From Actinomycetota bacterium (lineage in GTDB: Bacteria; Actinomycetota; CADDZG01; WHSQ01), in assembly GCA_009377815.1 (NCBI GenBank), contig WHTI01000001.1, positions 20,357-84,356 on the forward strand: a stretch of DNA of 64,000 nucleotides, written 5' to 3'. Below, in pieces: positions 39,288 through 48,133 of this stretch. Each line of letters opens with the position of its first letter. Position 1 is the stretch's first letter. The notes below the pieces were generated by a model that ran no database searches, was not told the DNA's origin, and was given only the letters and a program-made list of their open reading frames with translations. The position numbers and the translations under genes are program-made.

Positions 39288-40354
39288 AAGTCCTCCACTT
39301 CTTCCCCCAAACCCTCACCGCCGATGGGGGCCCGGCGTTGTCGGTTCGAGGCTGGGCCCGCGGCATGGCCCGAGCTGGAGCCGAGGTATCCGTCGCGTGC
39401 GCCGGCGGGAACATGGCCGGCACCCAGGAAGGCGTGACCTTCCGGAGCGTCGCTCTCAGGGCCCGGCATTCACTGCAGTACCCCAGCGGCCTAAGGGAGC
39501 TCCTCCCCGGCCACGACGTGCTGTTCCTCCACTCCGGCTGGACGCCCTACAACCTGTGGGGGGCGAAGCTCGCCCGACGCGCCGGTGTGCCCTACGTGTT
39601 GGTCCCGCACGGCGCCTACGAGCCCGACGTGCTGGCCCGAAGCAGGGCGACCAAGCTCCTGTGGCGAACCACTTCGGAGAGGACGGTGATCGAAGGAGCG
39701 TCCGCGGTGCACATCTTCTTCGAGCAGGAGCAGCGCAACATCAGTGCAGTGGGGGCCGAGTGCCCCGTACTCGTCGCGCCCAACGCCGTCGATGTGCCCC
39801 TCGATCGGAGCTGGGACGGCGGGAGCGGCGGCTACCTCTTGTGGATCGGGCGCTACGACATCCACCACAAGGGACTCGACATCCTCATCGACGCGTTCTC
39901 TAGCCTCCCGACCCCCCGCCCCCCGCTGGTTATGCGCGGTACGGGAGAGCAAGGCCGTGCGGAACTCGAGCGCTACGCGGAGAAGCGCGGCGTGCACGAC
40001 GTCCTGATCGAGGGCCCCGTAGAGGGCGACGACAAATGGGATCACTTCTGCCGGGCGCGGGCGTTCGCCTTCGCCTCGCGGTACGACTCCCACTCGATCG
40101 CGATCATGGAGGCCGCCGCCCTCGGGGTGCCGATCGCCGCTGCGGACAACACCTACGTGGGTGAGTTTCTCGCCTCGCAGGGAGCGGCGGCCGGTGCTCC
40201 TGCCGAACCGGATGCCTTCGCGCGGGCACTCGCCGACGTCCTGTCCGAGAACGGGATCAGTTACGGGGCGACGGCCGGCTACCTGGTGCGCTCCTCGGTC
40301 TCGTGGGAGTCCTCGGCTCGCAACCTGCTGGGCCAGCTCGAGGCGGTCCTATGA
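39284..40354 (+). CDS. glycosyltransferase family 4 (GT-B)
   Basis: 'MKVLHFFPQ...GGPA' N-terminus and 'ASRYDSHSIAIMEAAALGVPI' (E-x7-E-like). ATGA overlap on both sides. Confidence 0.8.
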   Translation: MKVLHFFPQTLTADGGPALSVRGWARGMARAGAEVSVACAGGNMAGTQEGVTFRSVALRARHSLQYPSGLRELLPGHDVLFLHSGWTPYNLWGAKLARRAGVPYVLVPHGAYEPDVLARSRATKLLWRTTSERTVIEGASAVHIFFEQEQRNISAVGAECPVLVAPNAVDVPLDRSWDGGSGGYLLWIGRYDIHHKGLDILIDAFSSLPTPRPPLVMRGTGEQGRAELERYAEKRGVHDVLIEGPVEGDDKWDHFCRARAFAFASRYDSHSIAIMEAAALGVPIAAADNTYVGEFLASQGAAAGAPAEPDAFARALADVLSENGISYGATAGYLVRSSVSWESSARNLLGQLEAVL

Positions 40355-41442
40355 GACCCGCCGACATCGCTCTCGTGACTCAAAGCACCGGTGCCTTCGA
40401 TCGCATCGCTCGCTGGCTGAGCCGCGGCTTCAACGATCTTGGTGCGCGTCTCGACCTGGTCACGATCGACGGGCCATCCGGCATGGAGCATGACGGAACC
40501 ACTCGGTGGATCGGGCTCGGCCACACTCGGGCGGTGCGCTCGACCGGAGCGATCGCGTCTTACTTCCGTTCCAACCGGCCGACCCTCGCCCTCTCATCTC
40601 CGGAGTTCGTGTCCCCCTATGTCCTGTTCGCGGGACGGCGAGCACAGGTTCCCGTGATCCCATGGGAGGCGTCGTTCGTGAACTTCGGGATGTCGGAGCT
40701 CGCGCCTCGCAAACGCCTGCTCCCGACCCTGCAGAAGCGGACCTACCGGAACGCGCCGGCGGTCGCCGCGGTGTCGAGCGATCTCTTGGATCATCTGGGC
40801 GCCTTCCTCGGGACGTCACCCCCGCTCGAGCTGGTCGAGAACCCGGTGGACGTCGACGAGATCCGCTCTCTCGGGGCGCGAAAGGAGAGCAAGACCGCGG
40901 CGGTGCGTCTCGTTGCCTGTGGTCGCATCAGCGTGCACAAGGGGTACGACGTGCTGATCGAAGCCCTCGCTGAGGCCGGCGATCGTTTGGGGGACTGGGA
41001 GTTGCTCGTGCTCGGTACCGGGCCCGGACGGCGCGCCCTGCGTGAGCAGATCGTGGCCGTCGGCCTGAAGGACCGCGTTCAGATCCGCGGCGAGGTCCAG
41101 GATCCCTATCCGGCCATCGCGTCCGCCGATCTGTTCGTGCATCCAGCGCGCCGCGAGGGATTCGGGCTGGCGATCGCCGAAGCGATGGCGCTCGGCGTCC
41201 CGGTGATCTCGACGACCTGTCCGGGAGGCCCCCGGCGATTGCTTCGCGGAGGAGGCGCCGGGGTGCTCGTTCCTCCCGACGATGCCGGGGCTCTCTCGGC
41301 CGCGATCCTGGACGCGATCCGTTCTCCGACCTCCCTGGCCCCACTGGTCGAACGCGCTGCGATGGTGGTCGAGGAGTACTCACCCAAGGCGTGCGCGGAA
41401 CGGATGCTGGAGCTCGCCGACCGCTACGGGAGGCCCTCGTGA
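40351..41442 (+). CDS. glycosyltransferase family 4 (GT-B)
   Basis: 'GRISVHKGYDVLIEA' and 'HPARREGFGLAIAEAMALGVPVIST' (E-x7-E). Start at ATG 40351, overlapping the previous stop. Confidence 0.8.
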   Translation: MRPADIALVTQSTGAFDRIARWLSRGFNDLGARLDLVTIDGPSGMEHDGTTRWIGLGHTRAVRSTGAIASYFRSNRPTLALSSPEFVSPYVLFAGRRAQVPVIPWEASFVNFGMSELAPRKRLLPTLQKRTYRNAPAVAAVSSDLLDHLGAFLGTSPPLELVENPVDVDEIRSLGARKESKTAAVRLVACGRISVHKGYDVLIEALAEAGDRLGDWELLVLGTGPGRRALREQIVAVGLKDRVQIRGEVQDPYPAIASADLFVHPARREGFGLAIAEAMALGVPVISTTCPGGPRRLLRGGGAGVLVPPDDAGALSAAILDAIRSPTSLAPLVERAAMVVEEYSPKACAERMLELADRYGRPS

Positions 41443-42281
41443 ACGCGGTCCGCTGGCGATGGATGGGTTTCGGGCGACGGGTGTCGAGCGCGTTGACGGG
41501 CTACCCCCGCCTTAGGTGGCGGGTCTTCCGGTTCTTCTCGGCACTGGGTCGGCGGATGGGCCGCGCCGAGCGCCGGTGGGTCACGGTTAGATCGGGGGCC
41601 CGGTTCCGGCTCGATCTCGACGATCCGCTCCAGGAGCAACTCTTCGTCTACGGCGAGTACTCGAGGCCCGAGATCGAACGGCTCATCCGCAACCTGCGAC
41701 CCGGCGACGTGTTTGTGGACGTCGGCGCCAACATCGGTCTGTTCTCGGTCGAGATCGGCCGACACGTCGGCTCCCGGGGCCGGGTCGTGGCGATCGAACC
41801 GGCCGCCGACAGCGCTCGCCTCGCGAGCGAGCATGTCGCGATCAACGAGCTGCAGGACGTCGTTGAGGTTCACGAGTTGGCCCTGGGGGAGAGGGAGGAT
41901 CAACTCACGCTCTTCGCACCGGCCGACGATCCCCTCGATGTCGGTCGGCGATCGTTGCTCGGATCCGATGGGTCGGCGGTCGGGACCGTTGCGGTCCGCT
42001 CGCTCGACGGCCTGGTCGCTACCGGTGGTCTTGATCTCCCCGAGGTCCACGCGATCAAGATCGATGTCGAGGGCTACGAGGTGGCCGCACTGCGGGGGAT
42101 GAGGGCAACGATCGAGGGATGCCGCCCGCGCATCGTGCTCGTCGAAACGGTCATCGCGAACCTGGCCCGAGCCGGGAGCGAAGTCGTCGAGATCGACGAC
42201 CTCATGCGGTCCTTTGGGTACCGCCGGCTTCCGGGCGACCCGGAGAACGCGGCCTACGTTCCTGGGGGTTCCGATGACTGA
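41439..42281 (+). CDS. FkbM-family methyltransferase
   Basis: 'FVDVGANIGLFS' SAM-binding motif and 'IKIDVEGYEVAAL'. GTGA overlap with the upstream GT. Confidence 0.8.
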   Translation: MNAVRWRWMGFGRRVSSALTGYPRLRWRVFRFFSALGRRMGRAERRWVTVRSGARFRLDLDDPLQEQLFVYGEYSRPEIERLIRNLRPGDVFVDVGANIGLFSVEIGRHVGSRGRVVAIEPAADSARLASEHVAINELQDVVEVHELALGEREDQLTLFAPADDPLDVGRRSLLGSDGSAVGTVAVRSLDGLVATGGLDLPEVHAIKIDVEGYEVAALRGMRATIEGCRPRIVLVETVIANLARAGSEVVEIDDLMRSFGYRRLPGDPENAAYVPGGSDD

Positions 42282-43200
42282 ACTACCGTCGATCGCGCTC
42301 GTGACGCCGAACTACAACCAGGCTCATCTGATCCGGGGCGCCCTCGAATCGGTCCTCGATCAGGGGTATCCGAACCTCGAGTACGTCGTGATCGACGGTG
42401 CCAGCACCGATGGGTCGGCCGACGCGATCCGCGAGTACTCCGACCGCCTCCACTTCTGGATCTCCGAGCCGGACTCCGGCCACTACAACGCGGTCAACAA
42501 AGGCTTCGAGAAGACGACCGGCGAGATCATGGGCTACCTGAATTCCGACGACACCCTGCTTCCCGGGGCACTTGGGACCGTGGCCGAGATCTTCACTCGC
42601 TTCCCCGAGATCGAGTGGATCACAGGGTCGCACACCGCGATCGACTCGCAGGGCCGTCCGGTCGCGGTGACGCTCCCCGACGTGTGGTCGCGGTGGCACA
42701 CGATCAGCCGAAAGGTGCACCGGTTCATCCCGCAGGAGTCGACCTTCTGGCGGCGCTCGCTATGGGAGCGTGCCGGGGGAGGACTGGACGAGGCGTATCC
42801 GCTGGCTGCCGACTACGAGTTGTGGACGCGCTTCGCGACCCACGCCCAGCTTCACACGGTCTTCGCTCCCCTAGGGTGCTTCCGGTTCGTCGAGGGCCAG
42901 CGATCGGTCGCCCAACGTGACGGCTACTGGGAGGACGTCGAGAGGGTTCGCAGGAAAGTGCTCGAGGCACCGGGATCCGCCCGCGCTCTGCGGGTTGCCG
43001 ACCTTGGTCTTACGGTCACCGACGTGATCGGCCTGCGCCGCCTCCGGCGGAAGGTGAACCGAGCGCTTGGCGCACCGGCCGAGATCGTGTTCGTTCCCGA
43101 GGCGATGGAGTTCCAACGGGTCGCCGATCGATCCAGCGGAGCGCTCGGCCGGCGCATGTTCAGGGCATTCGGCGGACGGGCTGCGGGAGGTCGCTCGTGA
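42274..43200 (+). CDS. glycosyltransferase family 2
   Basis: 'IALVTPNYNQAHLIRGALESVLDQGYPNLEYVVIDGASTDGS' and 'LNSDD' (DxD). Confidence 0.85.
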   Translation: MTELPSIALVTPNYNQAHLIRGALESVLDQGYPNLEYVVIDGASTDGSADAIREYSDRLHFWISEPDSGHYNAVNKGFEKTTGEIMGYLNSDDTLLPGALGTVAEIFTRFPEIEWITGSHTAIDSQGRPVAVTLPDVWSRWHTISRKVHRFIPQESTFWRRSLWERAGGGLDEAYPLAADYELWTRFATHAQLHTVFAPLGCFRFVEGQRSVAQRDGYWEDVERVRRKVLEAPGSARALRVADLGLTVTDVIGLRRLRRKVNRALGAPAEIVFVPEAMEFQRVADRSSGALGRRMFRAFGGRAAGGRS

Positions 43201-43868
43201 AGCGGCGGCGGCGCGCGGCGCAGAGGATCGCCCAGTCCGACGCGGTTCAGCGCATCGCTCCCGGCATCCGGCGGCGCGCGATGAACGCCGCGGCTCGCCT
43301 CGTTGGGCGCGAACTGATCCATTACGACTTCGACCAGATGATCGAGCGCGGCATCGTTGAGATGGGCCGGCATTGCATCGCCCGGCCCCTGATCCGCGGG
43401 GCGTGGACCGGTGACGACAGCGAACCGAAGCTGCGGATCGGTCACTTCTGCGGCATCGCCGAGGACGCCGAGTTCCTCCTGGGGACGGAGCACCGCACCG
43501 ATCGGGTCACCACCTTCCCCCTGCGTGGAGTGCTTCACGGACAGATGGGGGTCGATGGGCCGTACACGAAGGGCGAGACCGTCGTCGGGAACGACGTGTG
43601 GATCGGCTACCGAGCGACGATCGCCTCCGGCGTCACGATCGGCAACGGAGCGGTGGTTGCGACCCGGGCCATGGTCGCCAAGGACGTGCGCCCCTACGCG
43701 ATCGTCGCGGGCAACCCGGCGCGGGAGATCCGCAGGCGGTTCACCGACGAACAGATCGAGGCGCTCGAGAAGATCGCGTGGTGGGATTGGCCCGACGAGG
43801 AGATCTCGGAACACGCCGACCTGATCTGCAGCGAGGACGTCGACGCCTTCATCGCCCGCTTCCTCTAG
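43197..43868 (+). CDS. hexapeptide-repeat O-acetyltransferase (XAT/CatB-related), copy 1
   Basis: '[68 protein letters not shown]'. Paralog of 56389..57039. Confidence 0.85.
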   Translation: MKRRRRAAQRIAQSDAVQRIAPGIRRRAMNAAARLVGRELIHYDFDQMIERGIVEMGRHCIARPLIRGAWTGDDSEPKLRIGHFCGIAEDAEFLLGTEHRTDRVTTFPLRGVLHGQMGVDGPYTKGETVVGNDVWIGYRATIASGVTIGNGAVVATRAMVAKDVRPYAIVAGNPAREIRRRFTDEQIEALEKIAWWDWPDEEISEHADLICSEDVDAFIARFL

Positions 43869-43874
43869 CTCGCA

Positions 43875-43933
43875 TGAAAATGGTACTGAGCCCCGCGTGA
43901 AAATGGTACTGAACCCCGCGTGAAAATGGTACT
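43875..43933 (+). repeat. 23-bp tandem direct repeat, about 2.6 copies (TGAAAATGGTACTGARCCCCGCG)
   Basis: Copy 1 is 43875-43897. Copy 2 is 43898-43920 with one mismatch. Copy 3 (43921-43933) is truncated and diverged. AT-rich relative to its surroundings and directly upstream of the AAA ATPase start. Confidence 0.9.
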
Positions 43934-43941
43934 CTAGGGCC

Positions 43942-45168
43942 ATGGAATACCGCCCCAGGGCCCTGGAACCACTTCTGGCAGAGCTGTTGACGGAATTGCC
44001 TGCGTTGCTCCTAGTCGGCCCTCGTGCGACCGGAAAGACGACCACGGCCGGCCGGTACGTGACTCGCGTCGTGCGTTTGGACAGGCCCGCGGAGGCCGCT
44101 GCTTTCCGTTCCGATCCCGATGCCGCCTTGAAGTCGATAGAGGGGCCCGTACTGCTGGACGAGTGGCAGGCCGTGCCTCAGGTTCTTGGCGCGGTGAAGC
44201 GGGCGGTGGATGCCGGAGCAGGACCAGGCCGGTTCCTCCTCACAGGCTCCGTCCGAGCGCAACTGGACTCTGAAACTTGGCCCGGCACTGGTCGCCTGGT
44301 CAGATTGGCGCTATTCGGAATGACCGTGCGGGAGCAACTCGACCGTTCGGGTCCGGCGTTCATCGATCGGGTGCTTGGAGGGGCAGATCTCGAGGTGCCG
44401 GCGGTTCTTCCAGACCTTCCCGGGTACATCGACCTTGCGCTCAGGAGCGGTTTCCCAGAAGCCGCTCTGTCTCTATCCGAACGGACGCGAGACCGCTGGC
44501 TCGAGAGCTATCTTGATCAACTTCTCACCCGCGATGCGATCGAGCTCGAGGGAAGACGCGATCCATCAAAACTCCGTCGCTACTTTGAAGCGTTTGCACT
44601 CAACTCCGCGGGTCTCGCCGAGGACAAGACCATCTACGACGCGGCGGGTGTGAATCACAAGACGGCAGGCGCTTACGAAGGGCTCTTGAGGGATCTCTTG
44701 ATCACCGATGCGATACCGGCGTGGGTCTCGAACCGTCTGAAAAGGTTGACCAAGGCATCGAAGCGGTACGTTGTTGACCCCGCACTCATGGCGACGGCCC
44801 TGGGGCTCGATGCGAGTGGTGTATTGCGGGAGGGAGACATCATGGGCCGCTTGCTCGACACCTTCGTGGTCGCACAACTGAGACCGGAGCTTGAGCTAGT
44901 GAGGCCGAACGCGCGCCTCCACCACCTCCGAGTCGAAGGGGGCCGCCGCGAGGTGGATCTATTGATCGAGATCGGCGGCGAACGGGTCATCGCGATCGAG
45001 GTGAAGTCCGGCGCGGCCCCTAACCGCTCCGATGCACGACACCTAGTCTGGCTCCGCGATGAGCTCGGTGATCGATTCGAGGCGGGCATCGTCTTCCATA
45101 CTGGCCCGAACGTCTACGGTCTCGACGAGAAGGTCGTCGCGGCCCCGATCTGCGCTCTCTGGGCGTAG
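43942..45168 (+). CDS. AAA+ ATPase of the AAA_14/DUF4143 type
   Basis: Walker A 'LLVGPRATGKTT' and Walker B-like 'VLLDEWQ'. The C-terminal 'REVDLLIE..GERVIAIEVKSG' restriction-endonuclease-like fold is typical of DUF4143. Many more A/T-ending codons than neighbouring genes. Confidence 0.8.
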   Translation: MEYRPRALEPLLAELLTELPALLLVGPRATGKTTTAGRYVTRVVRLDRPAEAAAFRSDPDAALKSIEGPVLLDEWQAVPQVLGAVKRAVDAGAGPGRFLLTGSVRAQLDSETWPGTGRLVRLALFGMTVREQLDRSGPAFIDRVLGGADLEVPAVLPDLPGYIDLALRSGFPEAALSLSERTRDRWLESYLDQLLTRDAIELEGRRDPSKLRRYFEAFALNSAGLAEDKTIYDAAGVNHKTAGAYEGLLRDLLITDAIPAWVSNRLKRLTKASKRYVVDPALMATALGLDASGVLREGDIMGRLLDTFVVAQLRPELELVRPNARLHHLRVEGGRREVDLLIEIGGERVIAIEVKSGAAPNRSDARHLVWLRDELGDRFEAGIVFHTGPNVYGLDEKVVAAPICALWA

Positions 45169-45175
45169 CGCAGAG

Positions 45176-45997
45176 CTAGCTGTTGAGGGTGTCGCGGCGG
45201 GCTCGCCAGACGTTGACGCGACGGCGGAGGATCCCGTAGGTCGGGTTCGTGACCTTGAAGGTTGCGATGCGGGCCTGGAACGCCGGTCCGAGGGCGGCCA
45301 GCCGCTCCTCGAACAGAGCGACGCCCTTCTCGAAGAGGATCGTGTCGAGCTGGTTCGTTGCCACGATCGCGCCCAGGGTCTCGGGATCGAGCGTCTCGAT
45401 GGCCGGGCGGTTCTGGGTGACGTTCTGGCGCTCGTAGAACACCGGTTCGTTCCACCCGAACGCCTTGCGGCACAGAAGCAGGGATTCGTCGAACCGCTCG
45501 GTGAGTCCGATCACGTCGTACCCCTCGAGGCTGGAGATGGCGCGGTCGAGAACCTCATTCGTGATGGTGCCGAAGTCGTCCATGGCGGCGCCCCCCAGGA
45601 ACCGGGTCATGCCGTTGTCGGTGTGTGTCGGGGCGACGCCCGAGGCCACGAAGTCCTTGAGCGACATGGTCGTGGCCGCGTCGTGGAGCGAGTTATCGGG
45701 ACGCCGCTTGACGAAGTGATAGAGCGACACGACCCGATCGATCGGATCTCTCAGGAAGGTCATGTAGGCGCCCTCGCCCCCCGGAAGCAGCTCGTGCACA
45801 CCGTGGGCGAAGTGACCCTTGACGATCTTGAGTCTCCTCTTGCGGTCCTCGGGGAGTGCCGTGAACCGAGCGATCTCCTCGCCGAAGAGGAGCTGCCCGG
45901 TGAACATCTCGTCCTCCGCGTACTGCTTCTTCATGATCCCGTGGAGGGTCGATCCGGCGGTCCTTGGGATGTGCAGGAACAGCACTGTGCTTGTCAT
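45176..45997 (-). CDS. sulfotransferase family protein (ST2)
   Basis: 'FLHIPRTAGST' and 'FLRDPIDRVVSLYHF'. Paralog of ST1. Start placed at ATG 45997 by homology to ST1. No clear SD is present, and the ORF is open to 46075. Confidence 0.7.
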   Translation of the reverse strand: MTSTVLFLHIPRTAGSTLHGIMKKQYAEDEMFTGQLLFGEEIARFTALPEDRKRRLKIVKGHFAHGVHELLPGGEGAYMTFLRDPIDRVVSLYHFVKRRPDNSLHDAATTMSLKDFVASGVAPTHTDNGMTRFLGGAAMDDFGTITNEVLDRAISSLEGYDVIGLTERFDESLLLCRKAFGWNEPVFYERQNVTQNRPAIETLDPETLGAIVATNQLDTILFEKGVALFEERLAALGPAFQARIATFKVTNPTYGILRRRVNVWRARRDTLNS

Positions 45998-46061
45998 ATC
46001 AGGGAGGTACGGCCTGTACTGCTGAATCCCTCCCTCGGAGGGACCGGACATTCGGGATGAA

Positions 46062-46883
46062 ATGACACAAGTCACCGTGATGGAAGCACCTCAACGATGG
46101 CCCCGACCCAGGCCGTCCACTTTCTGGCGCCATCGGGAGCTCCTGGGCTTCCTGATCCAGCGCAACATCAAGGTCCGCTACCGCCAGACGTTCGTGGGGG
46201 TGGCGTGGTCGATCCTCCAGCCACTGACGATCATGATCGTCTTCACGATCGTCTTCGGCCGGGTCGCCAAGATCCCCTCCGACGGCATCCCGTATCCCGT
46301 GTTCGTCCTTGCGGGTTTACTGCCGTGGTCCTACTTCGCCAACTCCGTGACCCTGACATCCCAGAGCATGCTGGGGAACGCCTCGTTGATCACCAAGGTG
46401 TACTTCCCGAGGATCCTCCTTCCGGCCTCCACCGTCCTAACCCCGCTGGTGGACTTTGCAGTTTCTCTGCTGCTGCTGTTCGTTCTCCTGCCGGTCTACG
46501 GCGTCGGGTTCCACCTCACGATCCTCCTGCTGCCGGTCCTGTTCCTGGCCCTCGTGTTGACCGCGTTCAGCATCTCGGTGTGGCTGGCCGCCATCAACGT
46601 CCGCTACCGGGATGTCGGTTTCGTAGTCCCGGTGCTCTTGCAGCTGTGGCTGTTCCTCACCCCAGTGATCTACCCGGGGAGACTCGTTCCCGACGGAACG
46701 CTGCGCGTCGTCTACTCCTTGAACCCGATGGTCGGGATCGTCGAACTCTTCCGCTGGGCTCTGGCCGGAGGTCCGGCCCCCGGCGCGTTCCTCCTGTCGT
46801 CGGGCATCGTGGTCCTCGCTCTCCTGTCCACCGGCTGGGTGTACTTCCTGCGCACCGAACAGACCTTCGCGGACGTCATCTGA
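46062..46883 (+). CDS. ABC-2 type polysaccharide export permease (Wzm/TagG-like)
   Basis: 'RELLGFLIQRNIKVRYRQTFVGVAWSILQPL' ABC-2 signature. Six TM helices. Confidence 0.85.
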   Translation: MTQVTVMEAPQRWPRPRPSTFWRHRELLGFLIQRNIKVRYRQTFVGVAWSILQPLTIMIVFTIVFGRVAKIPSDGIPYPVFVLAGLLPWSYFANSVTLTSQSMLGNASLITKVYFPRILLPASTVLTPLVDFAVSLLLLFVLLPVYGVGFHLTILLLPVLFLALVLTAFSISVWLAAINVRYRDVGFVVPVLLQLWLFLTPVIYPGRLVPDGTLRVVYSLNPMVGIVELFRWALAGGPAPGAFLLSSGIVVLALLSTGWVYFLRTEQTFADVI

Positions 46884-48133
46884 TGGGCACACCGGCGATC
46901 GAGGTCCAGGCCGTATCGAAGCGTTACGTCCTGGGACGTGAAGCCCACCGGTCGTGGACCTTCCGTGACGATCTCGTCGCCCGCCTCACCGGCTGGAAGA
47001 AGGGGGCCGAGGCACGCGCGCGCAGAGAACTCTGGGCTCTTGAGGACGTTTCGTTCGACGTTGCCCCGGGCGAGGCAATCGCGCTGATCGGGCGCAACGG
47101 TGCCGGGAAGTCGACCGCGCTGAAGATCATGTCGCGCATCACGCATCCAACCTCCGGCCGCGTGATCGTGCGCGGACGCGTCGGCTCGTTGCTCGAGGTC
47201 GGAACCGGATTTCACCCGGAACTCACCGGGCGGGAGAACGTGTTCATGAACGGCGCCATCCTTGGGATGAGCCGTGCCGAGATCGTTTCCAAGTTCGATG
47301 AGATCGTCGCGTTCTCGGGCCTGGAGAGATTCATCGACACTCCGGTCAAGCGCTACTCGAGCGGGATGCAGATGCGACTGGCATTCAGCGTCGCCGCCCA
47401 CCTCGACCCGGAGGTGATGCTGGTCGACGAGGTCCTGGCGGTCGGGGACCAGGAGTTCCAGAACAAATGCTTCGGACGCATGAGCGAGATCGGACGCGAG
47501 GGACGCACGGTCGTCTTCATCAGCCACAACATGGGCGCGGTCAAGCGCCTCTGTAGCCGATCGGTACTGCTGAACGGGGGCCGGGTGATCGCCGACGGGC
47601 CGACCCCAGAGGTGATGCAGACCTATTTCGACCTCATCGTTCCGAACGAGGAAGCGACGCTCGCAGACACCTCCGGCCCCCGGCTCGTGTCGTGGTCGGT
47701 GGACTCTCCCGACGCCGGAACCGGCCACGCGGTGATGAGCGGCGACAAGTGCAGCTTCTCGTTCGTCGCGAACATCCCCCGAGAACTACGCCACGTCCAC
47801 GCCAAGCTCGAGCTCTATTCCTCCGACGGGATCCTGGCGATGGCGACCTCCAGCATGGGACCGGACGGTTCATTCACCGATCTGCGCGAGGGACGCGCGG
47901 AGGTCATCGTCGATCTTCCCAGCCTCCCCGTGACACCGGGTCTGTACCAGCTGCACCTGTCACTGATCCAACGGGGTGAGGGCACGATCGAGTCGTGGCA
48001 CGTGCAGCCCGGCCTCCGCGTGCTCGACGACCGGCCGATCGAAGAGGACTTCAGGAACGTGGGGCTGCTCAATCTGGACGCCCGGACGACGCTTCGATCG
48101 GGGATAGACGGCCCGGCCGAGCCGAGCGCGTGA
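46883..48133 (+). CDS. polysaccharide ABC exporter ATP-binding protein (Wzt/TagH-like) with ~170-aa C-terminal extension
   Basis: Start at ATG 46883 (TGATG overlap). Walker A GRNGAGKST, signature YSSGMQMRL, Walker B MLVDEVLAVGD. A further domain of about 170 aa follows the NBD. Confidence 0.9.
   Translation: MGTPAIEVQAVSKRYVLGREAHRSWTFRDDLVARLTGWKKGAEARARRELWALEDVSFDVAPGEAIALIGRNGAGKSTALKIMSRITHPTSGRVIVRGRVGSLLEVGTGFHPELTGRENVFMNGAILGMSRAEIVSKFDEIVAFSGLERFIDTPVKRYSSGMQMRLAFSVAAHLDPEVMLVDEVLAVGDQEFQNKCFGRMSEIGREGRTVVFISHNMGAVKRLCSRSVLLNGGRVIADGPTPEVMQTYFDLIVPNEEATLADTSGPRLVSWSVDSPDAGTGHAVMSGDKCSFSFVANIPRELRHVHAKLELYSSDGILAMATSSMGPDGSFTDLREGRAEVIVDLPSLPVTPGLYQLHLSLIQRGEGTIESWHVQPGLRVLDDRPIEEDFRNVGLLNLDARTTLRSGIDGPAEPSA

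Noticed and set aside
43875-43933. Considered whether the 23-bp repeat or the PT-linker repeats (21881-21940, 28931-28972) could be a CRISPR array.
   Set aside because: The 23-bp repeat has only 2.6 directly abutting copies with no spacers. The PT repeats are in-frame coding low complexity. No cas genes are present.
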